From contig JAPLDU010000069.1 of NCBI GenBank assembly GCA_026391255.1, positions 367 to 64,366 on the forward strand: DNA of 64,000 bases, read 5' to 3'. The stretch comes from Bacteroidia bacterium (GTDB lineage: Bacteria > Bacteroidota > Bacteroidia > Bacteroidales > JAPLDU01). The translations under genes and the position numbers were made by a program. Positions 18,518-26,184 of the stretch are shown here, piece after piece. Every line of letters begins with the position of its first letter. Position 1 is the stretch's first letter. The notes beneath the pieces are model-generated. The model was given only the letters and a program-made list of their open reading frames with translations. It was not told the DNA's origin and searched no databases.

Positions 18518-19789
18518 TTAGCCTGCTACTACTGCTTTGAATGAACCGGTGGGATAAGCCGGGTTGAAGTTAACGGTGAACCTGTTGGTCGGATCTGTTC
18601 CTGCTTTCGTTATGTTTGCCTCGAATTCTTCTTCTGTATTACCGTCAAAAAGCATGATGGACAGATCAGAAAGGGTTTTTCCGAGGTTGTGGATCACATC
18701 AAAAGAAGCGGTTGAACCATTGGTTGGTACGGTGATCACCCTCTTAATCGGGAAGTTCACAACGCTGAGAGGGGTAAGGGCTGTACGGTTGTCCGATTTT
18801 GCTTCGGCTACAGCCTGGGTAGCCAGCATGGTATAACCCTTTAGAGTTTCAGTAGCCTGTTCCAGGTTGCTCTGGATGATAAACCAGTTAGCACCGACGG
18901 TTGCCTGGTTACCTGCAACAGATGCATCCACCGAACAGATAATTGTATCGCCCACATCGACGTTTGCACCTGCTGCACCACCGATTTTACCTGCCACAGT
19001 GACCTTGTAGGTATGACCAGCATCGGCAGCCGGGTAGTTTGGATTGGCAGAGCAGTCCAGTCCGCCTTTCAGCACCATAGCATCGTTTGCGCTAAGAACT
19101 GCATCGATTGCCGAGCGGACTGCTTTTTCAGTTGCAAAATCAACATCAGTTGCAGTGGCAGCATTGCGGACAGTTGTCTGTACTCCGAAGCCGTCAACAA
19201 TGGCATCCCCGTTTGCACCTGACCATTTGGGAACTTTACCATCTGTTGATGAAGCGGCCTTCTTGACCTGGGCATCATTGGTCACATTGTTCAGGGAAAG
19301 CAAAGATTTTGCCTGTGCGGGAGTCAAATCAGCGGGAGCTGCTGCCCCGGCATTGTTATTCCCCTTGATCGTGTTAGCGGGCATATTGGCCAGCTTCGTG
19401 TTGTCCACATTGTTTTTCAGGTAGTCCGTACCTTCAACGGCTGGCCCGGCTACTCCGTTTGCATCAGTCTTGACAAGTCCGGCGCCACCGGCATAGTCTT
19501 TTGCAGAGCGATCTGCTCCGGCACTGACAACAAGGGTGTTCTGTGCAGCGGAAGCCGTAGCCCTGGTGATCATGTTTACCACACCGGGAATATCCGCAGA
19601 ACTTGCAAGGATAATAACCGACGTGCCATTGTAGTACTTGAGTTTGTGATCTGTGATGTTTTCCCAGATCAAACCTTCTGTTAAGGCTGCACCCGATGGG
19701 TCTGCTGCCAACTTGTGAATGACTGCATTCTTAAGTTCATTCTTGTTTAAATCTATCGGTAGATAGAATTGTTTTGGATTAATTGCCAT
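18518..19789 (-). CDS. Fibre/spike protein
   Basis: Ala/Gly/Thr-rich; N-terminal DLNKNELKNAVIHKL..P...EGLIW; ATETLKG fibre-type repeat; C-terminal HNLG domain. Confidence 0.65.
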   Translation of the reverse strand: MAINPKQFYLPIDLNKNELKNAVIHKLAADPSGAALTEGLIWENITDHKLKYYNGTSVIILASSADIPGVVNMITRATASAAQNTLVVSAGADRSAKDYAGGAGLVKTDANGVAGPAVEGTDYLKNNVDNTKLANMPANTIKGNNNAGAAAPADLTPAQAKSLLSLNNVTNDAQVKKAASSTDGKVPKWSGANGDAIVDGFGVQTTVRNAATATDVDFATEKAVRSAIDAVLSANDAMVLKGGLDCSANPNYPAADAGHTYKVTVAGKIGGAAGANVDVGDTIICSVDASVAGNQATVGANWFIIQSNLEQATETLKGYTMLATQAVAEAKSDNRTALTPLSVVNFPIKRVITVPTNGSTASFDVIHNLGKTLSDLSIMLFDGNTEEEFEANITKAGTDPTNRFTVNFNPAYPTGSFKAVVAG

Positions 19790-19863
19790 AAGTTTAAAGT
19801 TTTAAGTGTTAAGTTATTAAGTGTTAAGAAGAATTTAATTCGTAAATCGTAATTTGTAAATCG

Positions 19864-20313
19864 TCAATTGATAATTATTGTTCCTGACATAACTTCAGAA
19901 AAGCCAATGGTGACGGTGTTGTGGTTTATCAGTTGTACATCGGCTTCAACCGGGTTGCCAACTGTGTTCAGTACCCTCACGTTTACCAACCTGTCTTGAT
20001 TATGTTCAATTTGAATCATTGTTTGATTTTCAAATGGATATTCTAAAGGTGTATTGTTCAGAATGACTTCTTCCCAATTTTGAGGTGTTAGCGGATCGGA
20101 GATGTTCACTAATCTGTACATTTTCCCGTCTGATTCTGTACAAACCAGCATGTATAGCTCCAGCCTCTGTGGTTTGATCCCGTCTCTTTCGGTTATATCT
20201 GTTACCGTTCTGTATCCTCCTTTGCCCCAGATGGCAAGGTGTGACGGGTACACATCCTCCGACGAATAGGGAACGACCGGGGCTGCTATGTTTACCCCCT
20301 GGATTAGTGGCAT
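19864..20313 (-). CDS. Small fibre-associated protein
   Basis: GKGGYRTV..ITERD.I...R head-like segment; C-terminal IEHNQ...VEADV...NTVTIGF domain similar to the end of 18518..19789. Confidence 0.55.
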   Translation of the reverse strand: MPLIQGVNIAAPVVPYSSEDVYPSHLAIWGKGGYRTVTDITERDGIKPQRLELYMLVCTESDGKMYRLVNISDPLTPQNWEEVILNNTPLEYPFENQTMIQIEHNQDRLVNVRVLNTVGNPVEADVQLINHNTVTIGFSEVMSGTIIIN

Positions 20314-20319
20314 GGTTCA

Positions 20320-21063
20320 TTAATTGATGATATTGATATTGACACTTGAACCAGTCTGGTAGCCGGTGTTGAATAGTTTGTAAGCCCTTATTATCCCGAA
20401 TTCATCGGTGATTGTGACATCAGTCATAGTGTAACTTGAGAAATCAAAGCTTCCGTTTTTCACAGACTGCGGGTTACCATACGAGGCAGGGTAAAGGATA
20501 TATATATACTTTCCACCAGTGCAATTGTAATCGTGGTTTTCTGCTTTTGATGAGGCAAGATGTTTGTCAGAGATTAGTTCTTCTGCATAGTCCTTTTTAA
20601 TAGTCAACCGGTTAATCAAATCAACAGGTGTCAAAAAGCTTGCTCCATAGTAATTGGCTTGTTTCCAATTTACTGACACGCTTGCCTGTGCTGTTTTTCC
20701 TGCTTTATCTGTTACCGTGAGAAGGAATGTCTTGTCTTCATCCTGGACAAGTCGCCCGGCGAATGTCCCAGTCTGGCTGCCCCCTGTCACAGGGATAGAT
20801 TGTCCGTCTATGTCAATACTGGTAATAGGTTCACTACCTTCTGTCACCGACCAGTATAAATTAACATCCAGGTCAGGATTACCAATTTCCTTTTCTCCGC
20901 CTCCAATAAGTAAAGCCACCGGAGGCTTACCGGGATAGAAATAACCTTCCAGGAACTCTGACACTGTTTTTCCACCTATCGTAACAACCGGTATCCCCGA
21001 ACGTGTCGTTGGGCGGTCACTGTCAAAATCTGCGCTGTCATCAATTTTTATTACAATTTCCAT
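20320..21063 (-). CDS. Structural protein with Ig/PKD-like beta domain
   Basis: TFLLTVTDKAGKTAQASVSVNW; beta-rich. Confidence 0.5.
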   Translation of the reverse strand: MEIVIKIDDSADFDSDRPTTRSGIPVVTIGGKTVSEFLEGYFYPGKPPVALLIGGGEKEIGNPDLDVNLYWSVTEGSEPITSIDIDGQSIPVTGGSQTGTFAGRLVQDEDKTFLLTVTDKAGKTAQASVSVNWKQANYYGASFLTPVDLINRLTIKKDYAEELISDKHLASSKAENHDYNCTGGKYIYILYPASYGNPQSVKNGSFDFSSYTMTDVTITDEFGIIRAYKLFNTGYQTGSSVNINIIN

Positions 21064-21131
21064 TTTAGTTTATTTTAATTTGTTATACAGATATCTTGCT
21101 CCAAATCCTATTAAAATCAGCCCTCCGATGC

Positions 21132-21704
21132 TTAACTCGTACTTTTTTTTTCCACAATAAATTGTAGCAGGGCAGCCGGTACTCTTTTTAACAGGTATTG
21201 TTTGAACTCTGCAACACTGATCTTTCCGTCCTGGTTAAAATCAATGGCTGAGTTTTGTTTTGCCACAGCCTGTGCCGGTATGCGAGAAGTCTGGAAGATA
21301 AAGTCATCGGGTTTACCGATTGCAGCCGGAAAGAATGTAACCAGGTATAGGTCCTGGAAGCTCTTGATCTTACCCGTGTAGCTTTTGAAGTATTGGTACA
21401 CGTAATCAAGTTGTTCAACGGCGCTCATGCCATACAGATCACTGTTTGAAGTGCCCATTCCTTTGGCCGTATCAGGCATGAACTGCAAAAGACCGGTTGC
21501 CCGGTTATTGCAACGTGTCAGATCATCGTCCGGGTCACCGGGTTGTTTGTTTACAGCCTGTGCATTCAGGGAACTCTCCATGTACATGACCATCATCAGC
21601 CAGTCAGGGTTGATTGATAGCAGGTTGCAGATATTGCTGACCTTGGCTTCAAATTCCGAGGAGTTTTCTCCTTTGTTTGTTTTAAGATTATCAATTAGTA
21701 TCAT
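21132..21704 (-). CDS. Lysozyme-like lytic transglycosylase; a -1 shift at A9 would extend it to 21070 with a TM anchor
   Basis: MYMESSLNAQAVN...ATGLLQFMP motifs; ends ...IVEKKSTS directly after the A9 run. Confidence 0.85.
   Translation of the reverse strand: MILIDNLKTNKGENSSEFEAKVSNICNLLSINPDWLMMVMYMESSLNAQAVNKQPGDPDDDLTRCNNRATGLLQFMPDTAKGMGTSNSDLYGMSAVEQLDYVYQYFKSYTGKIKSFQDLYLVTFFPAAIGKPDDFIFQTSRIPAQAVAKQNSAIDFNQDGKISVAEFKQYLLKRVPAALLQFIVEKKSTS
21143..21151 (-). other. A9 slippery run 2
   Basis: GTG GAA AAA AAA AGT; the -1 frame gives KYELSIGGLILIGFGARYLYNKLK then TAA at 21070-21072, 6 nt before the next ATG. Confidence 0.7.
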
Positions 21705-21733
21705 AATTATTAATGTGAATGGTGAATGGTGAA

Positions 21734-22618
21734 TTAGTTATTTCTGTTTTTTGCAAGACTTAATATTTTTCCGGCAGCAAATATTCCAAGTCCGCCAAGA
21801 ATCAGGGTTTTCATAGGAAGACCAAAAAAGCTAAACTCCTGGTCAACTTTCCCCTGGTTATAGGCATCGTCCACCTGCTTATTAAGATCATCTTTTATCT
21901 TTTGTGCCTGTTCGGGTGATACCTTTGACAGAGCCTGTTCAAGATCGGCACTGACTTTCAGGTCAACCACCGAATCTTCATAATCCGGTTTGAAAGCATA
22001 ATAAATGGTAACTGCCAGTCCAAGGGCAACAACTGCCCCGATAGCAATAGGGATCAAAATTGGCGTTCCTATGCTGTCAACCATCCGGCTCCACTTATCA
22101 GCCAGCCATTCGTATCCTTTTTTTAGTCCGTCCTGCCACTTGATCAGGGTAGAATCTTTAAGTTTCTGTTGCCGTTTTGAGTACCTGGCAGTTAAATCGT
22201 TCAGTTTTGTTTCATGACTGCTCATATCTTTGCCCTGCTTTTTCAGCCGGTCAATCATCTCGGCAGATTTTAGCATGGAGTGATAGGTCTGATTGTCATT
22301 TTTTACCAGGTTCTCAAGCAGTGACCCGGCCTCCTTATCATCTACCTTATCATTGGGAGAATCAGGTGGCGGATCAGTAAGGCGCACAACATCCTCACGC
22401 ATGTAGCCATAGCTTTTGCCATTGATAGTCTGGTATAGGTTTACTTGTAACCAGTTGCCATCATCCATTGCCAGGTAAGCGCCGGATGTCCTGCCTGCTG
22501 CCTGGTTCCCGCTGACAGCGGTCACCAGCTCGCTTGATTGCGAAGGCAGGCTGCGGACATTGGATGTGCCTGATTTGGCATAAGCCAGCTTATTAGTATA
22601 TTTCTTATCAAAGCTCAT
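21734..22618 (-). CDS. Membrane protein with N-terminal SH3b-like domain, coiled coil and two TM segments
   Basis: NVRSLPS...GNWLQVNL..GKSYGYMREDVV; TM PILIPIAIGAVVALGLAVTIYYAF and TLILGGLGIFAAGKIL. Confidence 0.6.
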   Translation of the reverse strand: MSFDKKYTNKLAYAKSGTSNVRSLPSQSSELVTAVSGNQAAGRTSGAYLAMDDGNWLQVNLYQTINGKSYGYMREDVVRLTDPPPDSPNDKVDDKEAGSLLENLVKNDNQTYHSMLKSAEMIDRLKKQGKDMSSHETKLNDLTARYSKRQQKLKDSTLIKWQDGLKKGYEWLADKWSRMVDSIGTPILIPIAIGAVVALGLAVTIYYAFKPDYEDSVVDLKVSADLEQALSKVSPEQAQKIKDDLNKQVDDAYNQGKVDQEFSFFGLPMKTLILGGLGIFAAGKILSLAKNRNN

Positions 22619-22794
22619 CCGAAAAATAATTTTGCCCTTTGAATAATGGAAGGTCTTTCCGTTACGATCTTTGCCAGAGATATAAGATCTCCTGTGGTCA
22701 ATGCTGCTTTTATATCTTCCATTGCAGCAAGGATTTTCTTTGCCTCATCAATAGTAGGGGCATCAATATTTACTTTTAACTCGTGGACCATCAT
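22615..22794 (-). CDS. Small helical protein (59 aa); not in ORF track
   Basis: Hand translation MMVHELKVNIDAPTIDEAKKILAAMEDIKAALTTGDLISLAKIVTERPSIIQRAKLFFG; ATGA overlaps at both ends. Confidence 0.7.
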   Translation of the reverse strand: MMVHELKVNIDAPTIDEAKKILAAMEDIKAALTTGDLISLAKIVTERPSIIQRAKLFFG

Positions 22795-23663
22795 TGTTTT
22801 TGTGTTTTAAGTTCCTTTAAATAATTAATGATTTTAAGGGACAGGCTTTTGTCCTGCTCAATATCCGAAAGGATATCATAGATTTCTTTGAGTGTATTAT
22901 CAGGTAGTCCTTTCAAAAATTCCCTGATAAGGTCACAGCATTCATTTCTTTGTTTTTCTTCCGGTGTTTCAGCTTTTTCTTCGACCATACCAGAGCGATC
23001 CTCTCTTTTTGGGGGTAATGCCTCCTGGCATTTTTCGTAACCTATGCCCATCAATCCTGATAGTTTCTTGCTTATTTCAGTTTTTGACAGGCCTATTCCT
23101 TCCAGGAAATCACCGACTATTCCGGCATAAAAGCTCAATGTGTTTTTTGCATCGATCTGCTCAGTAAGGCCGGCAACCGTCTTTGTAAGGGCATCAATAG
23201 TTTCTTCCGCCTCTGAAAGTTCTTTGGTCTGATCCTTTAACCGATCAGCCATTTCGGAAAACTGTCGCTCTTTTTCTATTTCCTGCAACTTACGTTCGAC
23301 AAGCGAATTCACCTCTGCCTCACCAAATCCTTTGAACTGTGGCTCTTCTACCTTGATTACCGGTTCAGGATCAGTTTTTTTTAAGTCGATTACCCTCCAA
23401 TCGAAACGCTTGTTTAAATTCTTTGCATCAAAGAAATCAACACGGATTGTATCAACCTCCCTGCTTTGCAGTTTCAGGTAATTCCTGACAAGGGCGCAGA
23501 ACTTATCCTGGCTCACTTTATCGGCAATTGACTCTATCTTTTTTTCACCATTTAAAAATGTTGCAAAAAGCAGTATCTTCATGCCTTCATCTTCTTCGTG
23601 CATCAGAGCTTTTGCTACGATTTTTTTCAGATCGTTATCCAATAATTCCTGATTGTATTCCAT
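22791..23663 (-). CDS. Coiled-coil protein of unknown function
   Basis: 290-aa ORF with a long heptad-like segment; operonic spacing. Confidence 0.6.
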   Translation of the reverse strand: MEYNQELLDNDLKKIVAKALMHEEDEGMKILLFATFLNGEKKIESIADKVSQDKFCALVRNYLKLQSREVDTIRVDFFDAKNLNKRFDWRVIDLKKTDPEPVIKVEEPQFKGFGEAEVNSLVERKLQEIEKERQFSEMADRLKDQTKELSEAEETIDALTKTVAGLTEQIDAKNTLSFYAGIVGDFLEGIGLSKTEISKKLSGLMGIGYEKCQEALPPKREDRSGMVEEKAETPEEKQRNECCDLIREFLKGLPDNTLKEIYDILSDIEQDKSLSLKIINYLKELKTQKQ

Positions 23664-23665
23664 AA

Positions 23666-24004
23666 TTATAAAGGTTGTACCTGTATGAAAATAAATTCCT
23701 GTGCAATGTCTGGGTTGCTTGTCTCAATGTCAATGTTCCCGGTAAAATCACGGGATAGCAACTCGCTGTCCCCTTTTTTGTAAGTTGTAATGCAGTTATC
23801 TGAATAAATCGTGGCAGTGTCTTCAATGGTCATGCTGCGCACGAAATAGAGTTCGTTGAATGCCTGCAAACGAATGAAACCTCCTTCGACCGTCACCTTC
23901 TTTTCTTCCCAGTGAAAGCGGTCCGTGGAAAATACCTCCCTGATGCGCTGGCTGATATATTCCTGCAGGACATTGAAATCATTGATATGGATACTGATTT
24001 CCAT
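23666..24004 (-). CDS. Small beta-rich putative structural protein
   Basis: 112 aa, alternating hydrophobic pattern, overlaps the upstream gene. Confidence 0.45.
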   Translation of the reverse strand: MEISIHINDFNVLQEYISQRIREVFSTDRFHWEEKKVTVEGGFIRLQAFNELYFVRSMTIEDTATIYSDNCITTYKKGDSELLSRDFTGNIDIETSNPDIAQEFIFIQVQPL

Positions 24005-24387
24005 TATTTCTTCAGGAATTTAAGGTAAATTGTAAGGCGGTATGGTACGAAGTCTCTTTTTTCAGCCAGTGTGGATAAGTCCCGGTAAAACCCGGTCATG
24101 ATATTTCTATTATTGATTGGTTCATTTAATGGCAGAAACTTAACTGGGCAGGGTGGTAAATCTTTCGTATATCCGACATGGTAGTTGACCGGGTGCAGGT
24201 GGCGATTACAAAATTCAAGGCTGATCTCCCCGACATGCTCAATATCCGAATCAAAGTTCCCTTGAGCGGAAAAATGAACCCCGGTCAGCTTGCAAAGACT
24301 GGTAGGCAGTTTTTCCCTGATCTCGATTACCTGGCCTATAGAAATTACCTGGTAAGGGATTGCAATTCGTTTCTTTACTCGCAGCAT
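24004..24387 (-). CDS. Small beta-rich protein, paralogue of 24375..24782 (candidate single jelly-roll capsid/penton protein)
   Basis: VISIGQVIEI / LTGVHFS / GFYRD / VPYRLTIYLK align by eye with VTSAGQSVKV / VRGLRVS / IKYVD / FPYDAVLYLK. Confidence 0.5.
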   Translation of the reverse strand: MLRVKKRIAIPYQVISIGQVIEIREKLPTSLCKLTGVHFSAQGNFDSDIEHVGEISLEFCNRHLHPVNYHVGYTKDLPPCPVKFLPLNEPINNRNIMTGFYRDLSTLAEKRDFVPYRLTIYLKFLKK

Positions 24388-24782
24388 TGGTTTGGTTTTT
24401 TAACAGTGGGAGGGTTCTTTAACTTGAGATAAAGCACAGCATCATAGGGAAAGGTAACCCCGTCGGTAAATCCACCATCCACGTACTTTATCTCCACTTT
24501 ACTATCGGCTGCATTGACAAACTCATCCTGGTCAAACTCGAAGTACTCGTTTATTTTTGCAGATTGGTTGCAGAAAAGCAGTTTGGTTTCATATTCGTCC
24601 GGAAAGATTTCTTCCTCGTCAATCCTCAGTCCGATGGTACTTGCAAAGTGGTGACGGTCATCAGAAATGCTGACACGCAGTCCCCTGACTTCAGCAAACA
24701 GCATGTTGGTGTTTGCCGAGACTTTGACCGATTGACCGGCAGAAGTGACACGTATCTTGATGGGCTGGTATTTTGTGTTCAT
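24375..24782 (-). CDS. Small beta-rich protein (candidate single jelly-roll capsid/penton protein)
   Basis: 135 aa of short alternating-pattern strands; paralogous to the next gene. Confidence 0.5.
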   Translation of the reverse strand: MNTKYQPIKIRVTSAGQSVKVSANTNMLFAEVRGLRVSISDDRHHFASTIGLRIDEEEIFPDEYETKLLFCNQSAKINEYFEFDQDEFVNAADSKVEIKYVDGGFTDGVTFPYDAVLYLKLKNPPTVKKPNQCCE

Positions 24783-24863
24783 TGTAGCAATAGATTTAAA
24801 GTTCCTGAAATAAGGGAAGGGAGATATATTTCAATCTCCCGTTCCCTCTGGCAGTCAGGAAAA

Positions 24864-25568
24864 TTAATATTTGGTAACAGAAGTGCCCATAAGTATAGCC
24901 TTCAGGAAGAAGTTTGCAGGGGTATTAGTTCCCCATTCGATGTTCATTTCCATGGCCTGCTGGTCAAAGATCATCTTCGGGTTGTCAAGTGTAAAGCAGC
25001 CTTTACGTGCTTTCATATCCGTTGTGTTGAATACTTCGCATGACATAGCCGGGATAATGGTCGTCCCGTTGGCACGGAATTCAAACTCACCGTTACGGAT
25101 AATTTCCGGGATAATGTCGAAATTGACATCGAAAATGGTCTGCGTACCGGTTGCTGTACCTGCAAGCAGAATGATCGAGTGAAGCAGCATGATATTGCCT
25201 TTTTCAAGCTTTGCACTTGAGATGTTTGACACGCCAACAACCTTGTTGTCATCGTCACGCAGCATCTTTGCAATTTTGCTCAGGGAGATGTTCTTTGAAA
25301 GGTAAATTGCCACATTAACGGCCTGTAGCGCCTTGCTGGCAATTCCGGCCTGTGTCTCACGGGGTAGCATCGGTATGCGTTTTTCGAACTCACCACGGGA
25401 GTTGTTCGAAGGTATAACGGTAATGGGTTTTTGTTGGGACTGTATCTTTTTAAGAAATTTTTTACGGTCAGCAACAGGGGCAGCTTCAAGAGCTCCCAGA
25501 AGTTCTTCTTCATTCACTGCTCCAAGCAGGTTGTATTCGCTTAATGCGATTTCTCCTAATGTTATCAT
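24864..25568 (-). CDS. Candidate major capsid protein (helical N-terminus plus beta-sandwich)
   Basis: 234 aa; C-terminal ~140 aa has a beta-strand pattern (IMLLHSIILLAG, GEFEFRANG, MEMNIEW, FLKAILMG); fold is inferred only. Confidence 0.45.
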   Translation of the reverse strand: MITLGEIALSEYNLLGAVNEEELLGALEAAPVADRKKFLKKIQSQQKPITVIPSNNSRGEFEKRIPMLPRETQAGIASKALQAVNVAIYLSKNISLSKIAKMLRDDDNKVVGVSNISSAKLEKGNIMLLHSIILLAGTATGTQTIFDVNFDIIPEIIRNGEFEFRANGTTIIPAMSCEVFNTTDMKARKGCFTLDNPKMIFDQQAMEMNIEWGTNTPANFFLKAILMGTSVTKY

Positions 25569-25666
25569 TTGTGTATTTGTTAATTGGTTAATAATTTGAT
25601 TTTTCGTTGAGACGCACAGCCGTGCGTCAGTACATTTTCCTGATACTTGATACCTGATACTTGATA

Positions 25667-26143
25667 CTATAGTATTTCTGCATCCTGGAAATCATCATTT
25701 CCGGCAATTCCTTCCACAGAGGGTTGTTCAGGCTGTGAGGCTGAGTTTTCAGGAAGTTGGGGAAGATCGGGGCGGTACTTTTCGATGGAGAGGGTAAGGG
25801 GTTCACGGTTATCTGTACCAATCCCTCTGTTTGTATTACCCAACCCGGATAGCAACTCCTTTTTAAGAATCACTCTTACTCCACTTGCAACTCCCGATAT
25901 TGCTACACCGGTTGCTACCATCTTAATGTTTTTATCCTTTACCAGGATAGTAGCTCCGGCCCCGGCTGCAAGCAGTACGGCAGGTTTAACAAGAGATTTA
26001 AACTGGAAACCGGTGACTGTTTCATCCACAGGCACAACCTTGTCAATCAGTTTGCCTGCAAAGTTTCCCCCGATTATTCCTGCAATGATCAGGGCAGGGG
26101 CTTTTAGTTCTTCTAAAATTGTTTTTAATTTCGGTGATGTCAT
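25667..26143 (-). CDS. Membrane/virion protein with Gly/Ala-rich hydrophobic helices
   Basis: ALIIAGIIGGNFAG, AVLLAAGAGATILV, MVATGVAISGVASGV. Confidence 0.6.
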   Translation of the reverse strand: MTSPKLKTILEELKAPALIIAGIIGGNFAGKLIDKVVPVDETVTGFQFKSLVKPAVLLAAGAGATILVKDKNIKMVATGVAISGVASGVRVILKKELLSGLGNTNRGIGTDNREPLTLSIEKYRPDLPQLPENSASQPEQPSVEGIAGNDDFQDAEIL

Positions 26144-26184
26144 GTTATTAGTTTTTAATAGGTTAATAATCTGGTTTATTGTGA

